This document shows, one piece after another, positions 37,459 through 49,000 of a stretch of DNA of 55,753 nt. The notes under the pieces are model-generated. The model saw nothing but the letters and a program-made list of their open reading frames with translations. It was not told where the DNA came from and made no database searches. Origin of the DNA: Chromera velia (lineage: Eukaryota); contig JAHBMJ010000128.1 in the NCBI GenBank assembly GCA_018398765.1, positions 1 to 55,753 on the forward strand. Direction: 5' to 3'. How positions within the stretch are numbered: position 1 is the first letter of the stretch; the number at the start of each line of letters is the position of its first letter. The position numbers and the translations under genes are program-made.

Positions 37459-40400
37459 TACCCTGCTAACTTAACTCTGTGTGTGTTCAGATTAACTCTG
37501 TGTATGTTCAGATTAACTCTGTGTGTGTGGGCAGGGATATTTGTGTGTATAAGGGGTAATAGTGTTCTACCACATATACTGTCGAGACAACATAAAGTGT
37601 CTCTTCCACTCTTCTATCATTCCTATCAGTTCTTCTAATCTCCCAGCAATATTATCTGTGTATGGAGGGTAAATATCGGTGGTGACAGCCTATTCCTCTA
37701 CCCTTCCTGTTTAACTCCTCACCGCCTCCTACCACACACACAGATAACACAGATAGAAGGGAAGAGACGATTGGGTATAGGAGGTAGGCATGGAAGATTT
37801 GTGGAAGAGTTTGATGTTTGTGGATGAATAAGGTCTTCCCACTAAACCCACAACACTCTCTGTGCACACTCTGTATTATCTGTATGTATGGGCTCATGGG
37901 TTAATATGGAGTGCCAACACCTCCTACCACACACACAGAGTTAATAGGAATGTTGGTAGGAGAAGATGAATAGTGAATTACAACATAACTCTACCACATA
38001 TTGTCCTCACACCATCCAGCGTAGATCTGTGCTCACCCTGCTAACTTAACTCTGTGTGTGTGGGAGGGATAATTATTAGCTAATTCACCAAACCTACCAG
38101 CATAGCTACAGTGACTGTGTATGTGGGAGAGACTGAACGATAGATCCCATAATCCTCGAATCTATAATTATAATTCAAATAATTATCACCTAATCCTACG
38201 ATCAGTACCTTTCCTCTGTACGCCCCTAACCTTTCTACTCAGTATCTTATCTTAACTCTGTGTGTGTGGGAGACAGCGTAAGACCAAGAGTGTTTGGTCC
38301 ATCCCACCCTCTCTGTATAATCTCTGTTCAATATCTTTTATCTGTTGTTGTAATATCATAACCACAAATACCAAATTTGGCGGCCGTGATTATTCGGTTA
38401 AACTCCCAAACTGCTTGTATAAGCGGGCAATTGGTGTTGCCCGAGTCGATATTGAGGTTTAATAATTATACACCACTTCACCCACAATAATCTATCATCT
38501 ATTCCTATTATAATCTACAGATGGAACCCATGGTTCCCTTCTAACCCTCCTACCACACACACAGAGTTAACTTATACTGGGAGGGACGGTAGGGCGGCAG
38601 CGGTAGTCAAACCTAATCCAAATAGTATACTCACTATTATTCTTGTTTATCTGGATCATATAATAAGGAAATGGTGGAGGTCGTTATTCTGTTTGAACAG
38701 GTCAATAATTATTTGATGTTTACCTCACCGCCTCCTACCACACACACAGTCACTGTAGCTATGCTGGTAGGTTTGGTGAATTAGCTAATAATTATCCAAG
38801 ACCATACACACAGAGTTAATAGGAATGTTGGTAGGAGAAGATGAATAGTGAATTACAACACAACTCTACCACATATTGTCCTCACACCATCCAGCGTAGA
38901 TCTGTGCTCACCCTGCTAACTTAACTCTGTGAGGCCTGCTAACTTAACTCTGTGTGTGGGGGGTAAATATCGGTGGTGACAGCCTATTCCTCTACCCTTC
39001 CTGTTTAACTCCTCACCGCCTCCTACCACACACACAGAGTTAAGTTAGCAGGGTAGATAGGAATGGTACTGGGAGAAGGTGAAGGGGCAGGCGGCCTCCA
39101 TCTGCCGCCGTCCCTACCACACCTACTAATAATACTTCTTCACCAAGTTACCTTTCTACTCTGTGTGTGTGGTAGGAGGTAGCATACGGTCTGAGCTGCC
39201 GCAGTTATTCATTCAGATAATCGAGAGAGATGGTTTTATGTAGTCTCTATGAACACTCTATAAACACACACAGAGTTAAGTTAGCAGGGTGAGCACAGAC
39301 CGATAGCATTCATCAATAACTGTGGACACAACACTCTCTGTGCACACTCTGTGTTATCTGTGTGTGTGGTAGGAGGCGGTGAGGTAAACAAATCTATAAC
39401 TGATAATGATCTGTACTACTGAGTATCTTACCTTCCCACATAAATATTATCTTCTCCCACATACACAGAGTTAATAGGGGAGACGGTGAGAGAGTAGATA
39501 GTGGAGAGGTATTATTAACCAATCTCAACCAACATAACCACAAACAGGTGTTGGCACTCCATATTTCCCGAATAAGAAGGATTGATAGAAAAGATAATAA
39601 ATGATTATTAATAAACCAATAAGAACCACGGTTAACCTCCTACCACACACACAGAGTTAATAGGAATGTTGGATAGATAGTGGTTATGTGGTATGGTTAG
39701 AGGAGTTGGTATGGATGGTAGAGTCTGTATGGAGTTAGTGTGAGTAGGAGGGATGGTAAAGTATAAGAATGAACCTATGAACTCATCTACCCATTCATAA
39801 TCGATAATGATAATTATCCGGGGTCTCTAATCCCATTATCCCTGACCATTTCTGTTATATAGAGACTCAACATAATATTAACTCCTCACCGCCTCCTACT
39901 ACACACACAGATACAAGATATTGTATTCAGTATGGATTATTAATCATCCTTCCGTACCTCCCATATACACCATCTATACTTATCGATAGAGTTCTTGTAT
40001 CTGTGTGTGTGTAAGACAGAGGTGGGATAACTAATTCAGGTATTCATCATTATTATCGATAATTATAGATTGGGTGGTAGAGATGGAAGATTTCCTGGAT
40101 AGTATGTGGGAGTGTTGGTAGATCAGTAGTACAGATAATTAACAGAAAGGTAGAGATCTGTGGGAGAAATCGAGCCTTCCTGTATAATATTGACGTCACA
40201 CTTATATTTGTATTTTATCTATGCCGTTTGCCCTGAATCTTTATCTTCCTTCCCAACTTGCATAGTATCTCTCCTACACACTATTATATTGAGTATCGTT
40301 GCCTTCCTGTGTAACTCTTCCATTTTACTTACCAACGCCTGCTGCTGTTGCTATCCTACCATCCCAACACATATATCTGTGAGGTAGAGTGAGCAAGAGA

Positions 40401-41948
40401 CTCTTCGATATCGATCTGTACTTACAAAACAAAAAGTATCTTTCTTCCACACCTAACGCCTTCCTACCAACACTCTCACTCATCTATTCCATATTTATCG
40501 AACCCTTCATGTGTGTTAGGTAGGTGGTTAACCTGGTAGAATAGTAGAGAGGAACACAGCTATGTGTGGGAGTTTGTGATAGAGTTGTGTTAACAGATAT
40601 CTGTGGGAGGCAACGATACTTCATTAATATTATTGATATTTGTATTCTACACCGTTTACCTTATAACCATGAGGGGTGAACCAGTAAATCCCACACACAC
40701 AGAGTAGAAAGGTAACTTGGTGAAGAAGTATTATTAGTAGGTGTGGTAGGGATAGCGGCAGATGAAGGCCGCCTGCCCCTTCACCTTCTCCCAGTACCAT
40801 TTCTATCTACCCTCTCACCGTCTCCCCTATTAACTCTGTGTATGTGGGATTTACAGCTACAAGTTCACAGTCAACTACCGTACAACGACTTCGATTCATA
40901 ACCACAAACCACCCATGCTATGCTACCTGCCCAGTACAGATGTAATTGGTAATCCTGAATAAACAAATAATAATGGAAGTGTTGATGGTAAAGATGATAA
41001 GGTAACTTGGTTATATAGTTGTACTATGGTTGGTATGGTTGCAGGCAGCCCTGTCTAATGCCTGCTCTACTACCATGAAATATCCGTGCCCACACACACA
41101 GAGTTAAGATAAGATACTGGAGAAGGCATAGAGGTTATACGGGGGAGGTGTGGTAGGAAAGGTTGGTTGGGAAGATTTACTGGGAAGTTAGCATCTTATC
41201 TTGCTCACAGAGTGAGCTGTTAACCTTGGGCAGAGACTGTATGGGTAGATAGTGGTTAACCTTTCATTTTACTTACGTATGCCTGCAAGAGTCTCTTCCC
41301 AACCAACACCCATTGCTCATATCCTACCGCTGCCGCTCTACCGTCCCTCCCAGTATAAGTTAACTCTGTGTGTGGGGGGTAAATACAGATCTCTACTACC
41401 AAATATCAATCAACATTCAATAATTATTAGCTAAACCAGATGGAACCCATGGTTCCCTTCTAACCCTCCTACCATACACACAGATAACACAGAGTGAATA
41501 ATATTTGAATTCCTAATCAGGTAAGGTTGTCTTACCAAATATCTATCCCACCCACGTATGCCCATTACAGCTCATTCACCCATCCTGGTAAGACAGTTAG
41601 TATCCTATCTTCCCTTCTATCTGTGTTATCTGTGTGTGTGGGATTATTGGTAGAACACTATTACCCCTTATACACATAAATATCCCTGCTACGTATATAA
41701 ATAATAATATCATACCTCTCACACAAACACACATAATATTTCTGCAAGGTTAACTTAGTTTCTTGATGAGTTATCATAATACTATGGTATAAATGGTAGA
41801 TGGTGGAGTTTGTGGAAGAGTTATTTGTTTTTTATTATTATTAGTATCGATTTTTCCTTACCTTTACCTCCTACCGCTGCCGCCCTACCGTCCCTCTCAG
41901 TATAAGTTAACTCTGTGTGTGTTCAGATTAACTCTGTGTGTGTGGTAG
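37459..41948. repeat. Non-coding mosaic array of re-used cassettes delimited by core motif (TTAAC)TCTGTGTGTGTGG in both orientations
   Basis: About 30 core copies by eye. Duplicated cassettes include 37926-38056 = 38801-38931 (direct), 37667-37744 = 38961-39038 (direct), 39050-39172 vs 40691-40813 (inverted), 38067-38126 vs 38738-38797 (inverted). No long ORFs. Confidence 0.9.
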
Positions 41949-42153
41949 AAAATTTAAAAATCCGGGGGGCCGGCCCGCGCACGCCTTCGGCGCCAGGTCC
42001 GGGCGCCTACCGGATTCTTCCCCAGTACCACTGAAATCTTCCCAAAACGCCGAACGTCTCCTGCCTAGCGCCCAGGGGGTAATGTGTATACAACTTTAAT
42101 GTGCAATCAGTATAACTAAAAATCTGGTGGCAAAGGAGCAGAAAATCTGGTGG

Positions 42154-42660
42154 GAGGCTGGTGGGGGAGAACGGTGAGGAGTTGGGACAAGAAAAGTGGA
42201 TTGACTTGTGTCTCGAAGGGTGCTGGTGGCAGCTGCATTGCTCTTTTGGCCTCATTCCACTCTCTTTCCTGCCCAAAATTTCTGGTAGTGCCATGACCCC
42301 CCCCCCTAAGAGTTACTGGAAAAAACAGGTCTGATTCTTCCGGTAGGGGGGGGGGTCAAAAATTTTTTTTGTCAGAAAAAAAAAGAAGTGGTCCCAATCG
42401 ATTACTAATGTCAAAACAACCACTTTTAGTTTTTTTCCGACAAAAAAAATCGGTGAACCCCCCCCCCTTACCGGAAGAATCAGACCTGTTTTTTCCGGTA
42501 ATAACCAGGAGGGGGGATCACGGCACTACCGGAAATTTGGGGCAGGACAGAGAGTGGAATGAGGCCAAAGGAGCAGTGTAGCCACCACCGGCACCCTTCA
42601 GGATGCCAGCCAATCCACTTTTCATGTCCTAACTCCTTATCGTTCTCCCCCATCCGCCTC
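42154..42660. repeat. Long imperfect inverted repeat (~240-bp arms, ~26-nt spacer)
   Basis: 42154-42392 is the reverse complement of 42419-42660, e.g. GGAAAAAACAGGTCTGATTCTTCCGGTA vs TACCGGAAGAATCAGACCTGTTTTTTCC. Confidence 0.9.
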
Positions 42661-42674
42661 TTATCCGGGTTCCC

Positions 42675-42724
42675 TGTATATGTGTGTGAGGGTGTGTGCG
42701 TACACGTATGTGTGTATGTGTGTA

Positions 42725-42773
<49 letters not shown>

Positions 42774-43393
42774 GTGTGTGTATGTGTGTGTGTATATTTG
42801 TGTGTGAGGAGACAAATCCTTACTAGGGGCTGGTTTCCAGATTATTTTGAAACCTTTTAAATTTTCTTTTTTTTTTCTCTTCCTGTTCTTGCTGTTGTCT
42901 TTGACTCTTTTCCATGTGTATGTCGTTTGAATGTGCGTTCAGGTAAATCCACCTGAGCTAGCACCTGAGGGAAGCACCATCTCTGAGTACCCATATAGAA
43001 GGTAGGTCCATCGTGCAGCATTTGTGTCAGCGGCTTGTTTTTGGTCTGCCAGGCTTTCAAAGCTCTGTTTCTTTTCAGCCTTTTCCGTTTCTTTCTGTTT
43101 TGAGTCTTTCTGCGTCTCTGCGGGCGTGTATCTTAGTGTGTGTACATATATGTGTGTTAGTGTAGGTGTAGATATAGGTGTAGATGTCTGTGTGTATGTG
43201 TGTGTGTGTGTGTGTGTGTGTAAATGCGTGAGAAGGGGGGTCTGTGCATGCTGGAAAGCTTTTTTATTTTGGCACTAGCTCTTGCTGCTTATGTATTTGA
43301 AACAATGAGCCTGCATGCCCCTATATTCCAATCAGGACATAATTCATGCATACAGGTGTGTGTCTATATGTGTGTATGTGTATGTGTATGTGT

Positions 43394-43434
<41 letters not shown>

Positions 43435-43617
43435 CCTATACGTATGTGTGTATGTTTGTACGTTTGTGTGTGAGAGAGAAAGAGGAAGAGGGAGAGAGAG
43501 AGAGAATAACAAAAGTAATGCCAATATGTGGTTCTGCTTTTGGTGACCAGCATGTCTTTATGAACGTGTGTTTGTATGTTTGTGTATTTGTGTGTGTGTG
43601 TGTATGTGTGTGTGTGT

Positions 43618-43649
<32 letters not shown>

Positions 43650-43662
43650 ATGAATGTGTATA

Positions 43663-43693
<31 letters not shown>

Positions 43694-43832
43694 ATGTGTG
43701 TCTGTGTGTATGTGTGGTGTTTGCCTGCATAAGTACATATGTGCACGCGTGTAAAGCTGTATGAGGGAGGTGAATGAAACGTAGAAAATGGTAAAGAAGG
43801 AAGAAAAACAAGAAGATATGCATCTGAGGCCT

Positions 43833-43868
<36 letters not shown>

Positions 43869-43991
43869 TGTATATGTGTGTATGTATGTGTGTGTACGTG
43901 TGCATGTAAGCAACATTAAGCACGAGATGAAAGCAAAAGGCAAAAGGAGGCAGAGGAATACAGAGGTGGTCGTGCAGGTTTGCACGTTCGT

Positions 43992-44028
<37 letters not shown>

Positions 44029-44047
44029 GTGTGTGTGTGTGTATGTG

Positions 44048-44086
<39 letters not shown>

Positions 44087-44115
44087 ATGTGTGTGTGTGT
44101 GTGTGTGTATGTGTA
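42675..44115. repeat. Dispersed (TG)n/(TGTA)n/(TA)n/(CT)n microsatellite field
   Basis: Multiple visible TG tracts separated by short unique segments; source of the spurious HT and CV ORFs. Confidence 0.9.
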
Positions 44116-44486
44116 ACTGGTGTATGCATATTCTGTTTCATGATTAAAGCTAGAGTGGACTTCTACTACGTTATGCACAACAATTGCTTCAAGTTCAGCA
44201 AGTCATTGGCAGCAAGTCATTAGATATGCGGTGCGAAAGATGCTGTAGGTTTCGGTGCTAACTTTTAGAGCGGTAAACATTCTAGTAAACACTAGTAGGT
44301 AAAGGTGCACCTGCATCCATCCTAGATGGTATTTTATGAATGTTTGTTTATACAAACAACTACTCACCGTTTTATGCCTATAAATTACTTTACTCAGTAA
44401 TGTTTTCATTTTTTTAACTGTTTTCATTTATTTAAAGCAAATTTTAAACATGAATTAGACCAAATTTAAGAATCAGTTATAGTATT

Positions 44487-45699
44487 TAGTGACCATGTTT
44501 GATTTGATTTGATTTGATTTGATTTGAGCTAGGATTTGAGCTTCAACCTCAAATATTTGATATTTGAGGTAAGATTTGAGGTTATAACCTCTTAGGGTTC
44601 TTTACTGAGTGACTGACTTACTGTCACTTTGATCATTTTTCTCATGACAATAGTTATTAGAACATTTCTGATGTGTGTTTCAAAAATTTAAAAATATATA
44701 TATATATAATTATAACTTATCAGTTCCGTAAAAAAAATATGCCTGTATGGCAGTGTATATACACTAGTCACTGAGACACTCTAGTACTAATAGAGATTAA
44801 GAACCCGTAAAAAAAATATGCCTGTGTGGCAGTGTATATACACTAGTCATTGAGACTCACTCTAGTACTAATAGAGATTAAGAACGTAAAATTGATAGAT
44901 TTGAAATTGCATATGACTTTTTGTTGATACGATAAAGTTAGAGCACGTACCAAAATTGAGGTGACAATCACTCCGCTTTATGACACTTCCTTTTCCTCTT
45001 CTTCATGATCATTTTCTTCAATGTGAATCGAATTGATCGGTGGTGGGAGCTGCTAAGAGCTTTTTCTCTAGCTTTTCGGCTTTCCAGGAGTGGGTGCTCC
45101 TGGGCTTCTATTCGGTTACGGAGAGATGATAACTTTCCTGACTTTCCTGAATACGACTACATGTCGAGGATGATCGACACTCGTCGGGTCACTGCTTTTC
45201 TCAACCTGTCTTTGATTGACAGAATAATCTCGTTCTTCAGTGTTGGGAGCAGAAGTCTCTGTACCTTCCCCACACATGGGAGATCGTAGCGGGGGTCCAG
45301 TACCTTGACCAGCTTTCGTAATGCCTCATTTTCTGTGAGATGAGGCCAGCCAGCACTGGCCAGAAAGTCAGTGGTCAGCATATCACACTTGATTCTCTTC
45401 TCATACGTCTCTGCATATGGTGCGACCACGGCTTCTGCTTCATCTTTGGTGGGGAAAAACGTTCGCACGTCAGGCTGCTTCGTCCCTCCTACCCCCTCTG
45501 ACCGTTTTTCCTGTCTTTCTTGGAGCAGCTGCACAAGTTTTTTCGGGACCTTCATATTTGAGGTTGAAAGTCATATTGATTAAATATTTGATCGTATTTG
45601 ATAGGTCTTTAAACACTAGGTCTTCCTTGACTGGATATATTTGATTTGAGCTTAAGCCCTACCTCAAATCAAATCAAATCAAATCAAACATGGTCACTA
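44487..45699 (-). mobile_element. Non-autonomous (internally deleted) hAT DNA transposon, 1213 bp
   Basis: TIRs TAGTGACCATGTTTGATTTGATTTG... (44487) and ...CAAATCAAACATGGTCACTA (45699). Perfect 8-bp TSD ATAGTATT at 44479-44486 and 45700-45707. Subterminal (GATTT)n. Transposase remnant inside. Confidence 0.93.
45150..45555 (-). pseudogene. hAT transposase fragment
   Basis: LRKLVKVLDPRYDLPCVGKVQRLLLP...IKDRLRKA..RVSIILDM*S resembles the hAT L.P.Y..P...S.T.DxWS region, with W mutated to stop. The rest of the catalytic domain is absent. Confidence 0.75.
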
Positions 45700-46048
45700 A
45701 TAGTATTATAAATTTTCCGTATCTTATTCATATATATGTACGTACGTGAATGTATAGTTATATTATAATATGTATCATTCTAGATATTATTATTATTAAT
45801 TCTGCTATACATTCTGATAGTTAAGCTTATTATAAATGCAGTTTAAACAACAAAACAATGTTTAATATCATTAGAAATTGTTTTAAAATGCTTTAGAAAA
45901 TATATAGATACTTGATAATTTTGGAGACCGTTTGGGTGTTGGAGACTATTTTTAAAAAAATTTTCTTAGAGAGGACGATACATGGGTCACCCATAGGAGA
46001 GGACCCAACGTTCTCTACTGCAACCGTATACACTCGTTCCCCCAACGC

Positions 46049-49000
46049 TTGCCGGAGTCCAGAGACGGGGAAGTGCATGAGACTGACCACTTGAGGTTAA
46101 CCACAGTACCCCTTCAGAGAGAGGCTCTGAGGGAAAGTGACGGCCCTCAAATGCCGCCAGGTACTCAGCTTCCCCAGTCAGTCGACCCAGTTGCCTCCGC
46201 TCCTTTCGAGAATGAATACACTGCACCAACCTCTTTTCCCTCTGTTCCTCTGCAGCAGACAAGAACCGTGAACAGCACGGTAGCACAGAAAGGACCGGCA
46301 GGCAGGTGCGAACAGCGTCCATCCCGACGCCCAGGTGATGGCAGAAGTCGATCCATTTTGATGCGCCTTCGCGGGAAGGTGAACGGCACCCCTGTCACGA
46401 TTCTGTTTGACCCAGGAGCAGATGAGAATTACATGTCTGCTTCCTTTGCTCATTCGCATAGCCTTCCTGTCCGCAGGTTTAGGAGGCCGACTCATTGCGA
46501 GGGAGCACTTGCAGGAGACCCGTCTCACCAGGTGTCCGAGTACGTTCCCACGGATGGGTGTCGATTGAAGATTGACAAATACGAGGATCAGGTCAGCTTC
46601 ACTCTCACCAATCTCAAGAAATATGATTTGTTTCTTGGGATGCGGTGGTGTGAAGACCGTGATCCCGTTTTTTATCCAAAAATGAAGAAATTGTGGTTCG
46701 ATTTCGAAGGAAAGAGGATCCTCTTTCAAGGGGATACCACTCTTGAGAAGAAGAGTTCCCAGATAGATGGACCCATGACTGTCAAAGAGGCCATGAAAGA
46801 AGTGAGAAAAGGAGTACCTTTCTTTTTCTACAGATTGGAAAAAATTGAGAGAGAGGAGGAAGAAACGGAGGTTGAGAGAGAAAAAAGAGAGGAGGTGGGA
46901 GAGGTCGAAGTCGACCCGAGAACTAAGGAGGGGATACAAGAAAGGAAGCCCCCCTTTTGTGAATACGAGAAAGTGATAGCATCTCCCTCCCTGCACCCTG
47001 CAGCAAGAGAGATCTTGAAGGAGAACAAGAAGTTGTTTCTGGATGAGATTCCGAAGCTCCCACCCAGGAAGGGAGACCTGGACTTTAAGATCGAACTGGA
47101 GCTAGGGGCTTGGCCTCCTGCGAAGCCTCCGCATTGCCTTTCCTATGCAGAATTGGAAGAGATGAAGAAGCAGTTGAAGGACTATGTGGACAGGGGGTTC
47201 ATTCGTCCTTCGACGTCCCCCTTTGGTGCGCCGGCATTCTTTATGAAGAAGAAGGATGGCACTTTCCGTATGGTGATCGACTACAGGCCTCTCAACAAGA
47301 TGACGGTGAAGGACACATTCCCACTCCCGCGTGCAGAAGAGCTGATGGAGACCCTCTTTGGAAAGAGATGGTTTACGAAGCTGGATTTGCGTCAGTTTTT
47401 CCACCAGCTCCGTATTGCAATGGGAGACAGCTACAAGACGGCTTTCGTCACCAGGTGGGGAACGTTTGAGTGGCTGGTGATGCCATTCGGGGTCTCGAAT
47501 GCACCGCCCGCAAGCATGCGACTAATTACGCTTGCGATGCGACCTGCACTAGGCCGGTGTGTCATCGTCTTCATCAACGACATCCTTATGTACAGCCGGA
47601 CACTAGCATAACATATGAAGAACGTCAAGTGGGTACTGGATCTCTTAAGAGTGAACAATTTCTACATTAAGATCAAGAAGTGCGAGTTCTTCACCAACAG
47701 CACCCACTTCCTGGGGTTTGTCATCAACGCGAAGGGCATCATGCCCGAACGCCTGAAACTTGAGCTGATCCGAGACTGGCCAGATCCAAAGGACCTACAC
47801 GAGCTGCGAATCTTTCTTGGGGCAGCCAATTGGGTTCGGAAGTTTGTGAGAGGTTTTGCATCGATCGCGCAGCCCCTGACGAAGGCGTTGAAGAAGGGAA
47901 TGAAGTTCACGTAGACGGAGGAGATGAAAACAGCCTTCTGCTCATTGAAGAAGGCGATTATCAACATCACCTCCCTATACATCCCGGATCCTGAACGCCC
48001 ATTTGAGATTTTTGGGGATATGTCTGAACAGAGGAATGCATTCGGAGGTGTATTGATGCAGCAGGACCCGTGTGTTGGTTGGCTCCGTCCGGTGGCCTTC
48101 GCATTGAGAACGCTGACAAAGGAGGAGAGGAACTATCCGATCAGAGAGAAGGAGTTGCTTGCTGCCATCTTTCTCCTCAAACACTGGCACCCGTACATCA
48201 GTGAGACAACGACAGTATGGACGGACCATGAGAGCCTCACGACACTCGACTTGACAGCATCTTACGCAGAGGCTTAAGGACGTGTGAGGAGATGGATATC
48301 TTTCTTGCAGGAGCTGGGGGTGAAACTGAAGTACCTCCCAGATATAAAGAACACACTCGCCGACGCTTTGTTCCAGCGCCCCCCTTCAGAGAAAGCACAC
48401 GCAGCGATGGGTTGTGAAATTTGTTTGCAGACGAGCAGCAGCCTCCTTCCAGATGAAGAGTTTCTCCAGAAAGTCAGAGATGGTTACCGAGAAGACAAAT
48501 TCTTTTGAGATGCCCTGTTCTTTCTGTCTCCACGTGCTGAGGGACAGAAGCAAGAGGAGCCACCGCCTTTCTTGCGTTTTCGACTGTCACATATGGAGAT
48601 GAGAGACGGACTTCTCTACTACAAGAACAGGTTGGCCATCTCTACGAAGAAATTGCAGAGAAATCTGATCTTTGAGTGCTACGACGTCCCAAGCATGGGA
48701 CATTTGGCAATTGAAAAAACCTACCTGTGACTGATTAAAGACTTTTACTGGCCGAATATGTTCTCTTCAGTCGCCGCCTATGTTCCTCGCTGCGACGCGT
48801 GCCTCCGGAACAAGCAGGCGAATCAGAAGCCCTTCGGACTTTTGCTAGGACTTTTGCAACCCCTGCCTGTTCCTGCTCGGCCTTACGATTCGGTCTCGAT
48901 GGATTTTGTCTATGCCCTCCCACGTGTATACTTTTAAGGTGAGTGGGTAGACTCAGTTCTAACTGTGATTGATCGTTTGTCCAAGAGACCGCACTGGATT

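Noticed and set aside
37459..41948. CRISPR array interpretation of the repeat/spacer pattern
   Set aside because: Repeats occur in both orientations, spacing is irregular, intervening segments are re-used, there are no cas genes, and the context is eukaryotic.
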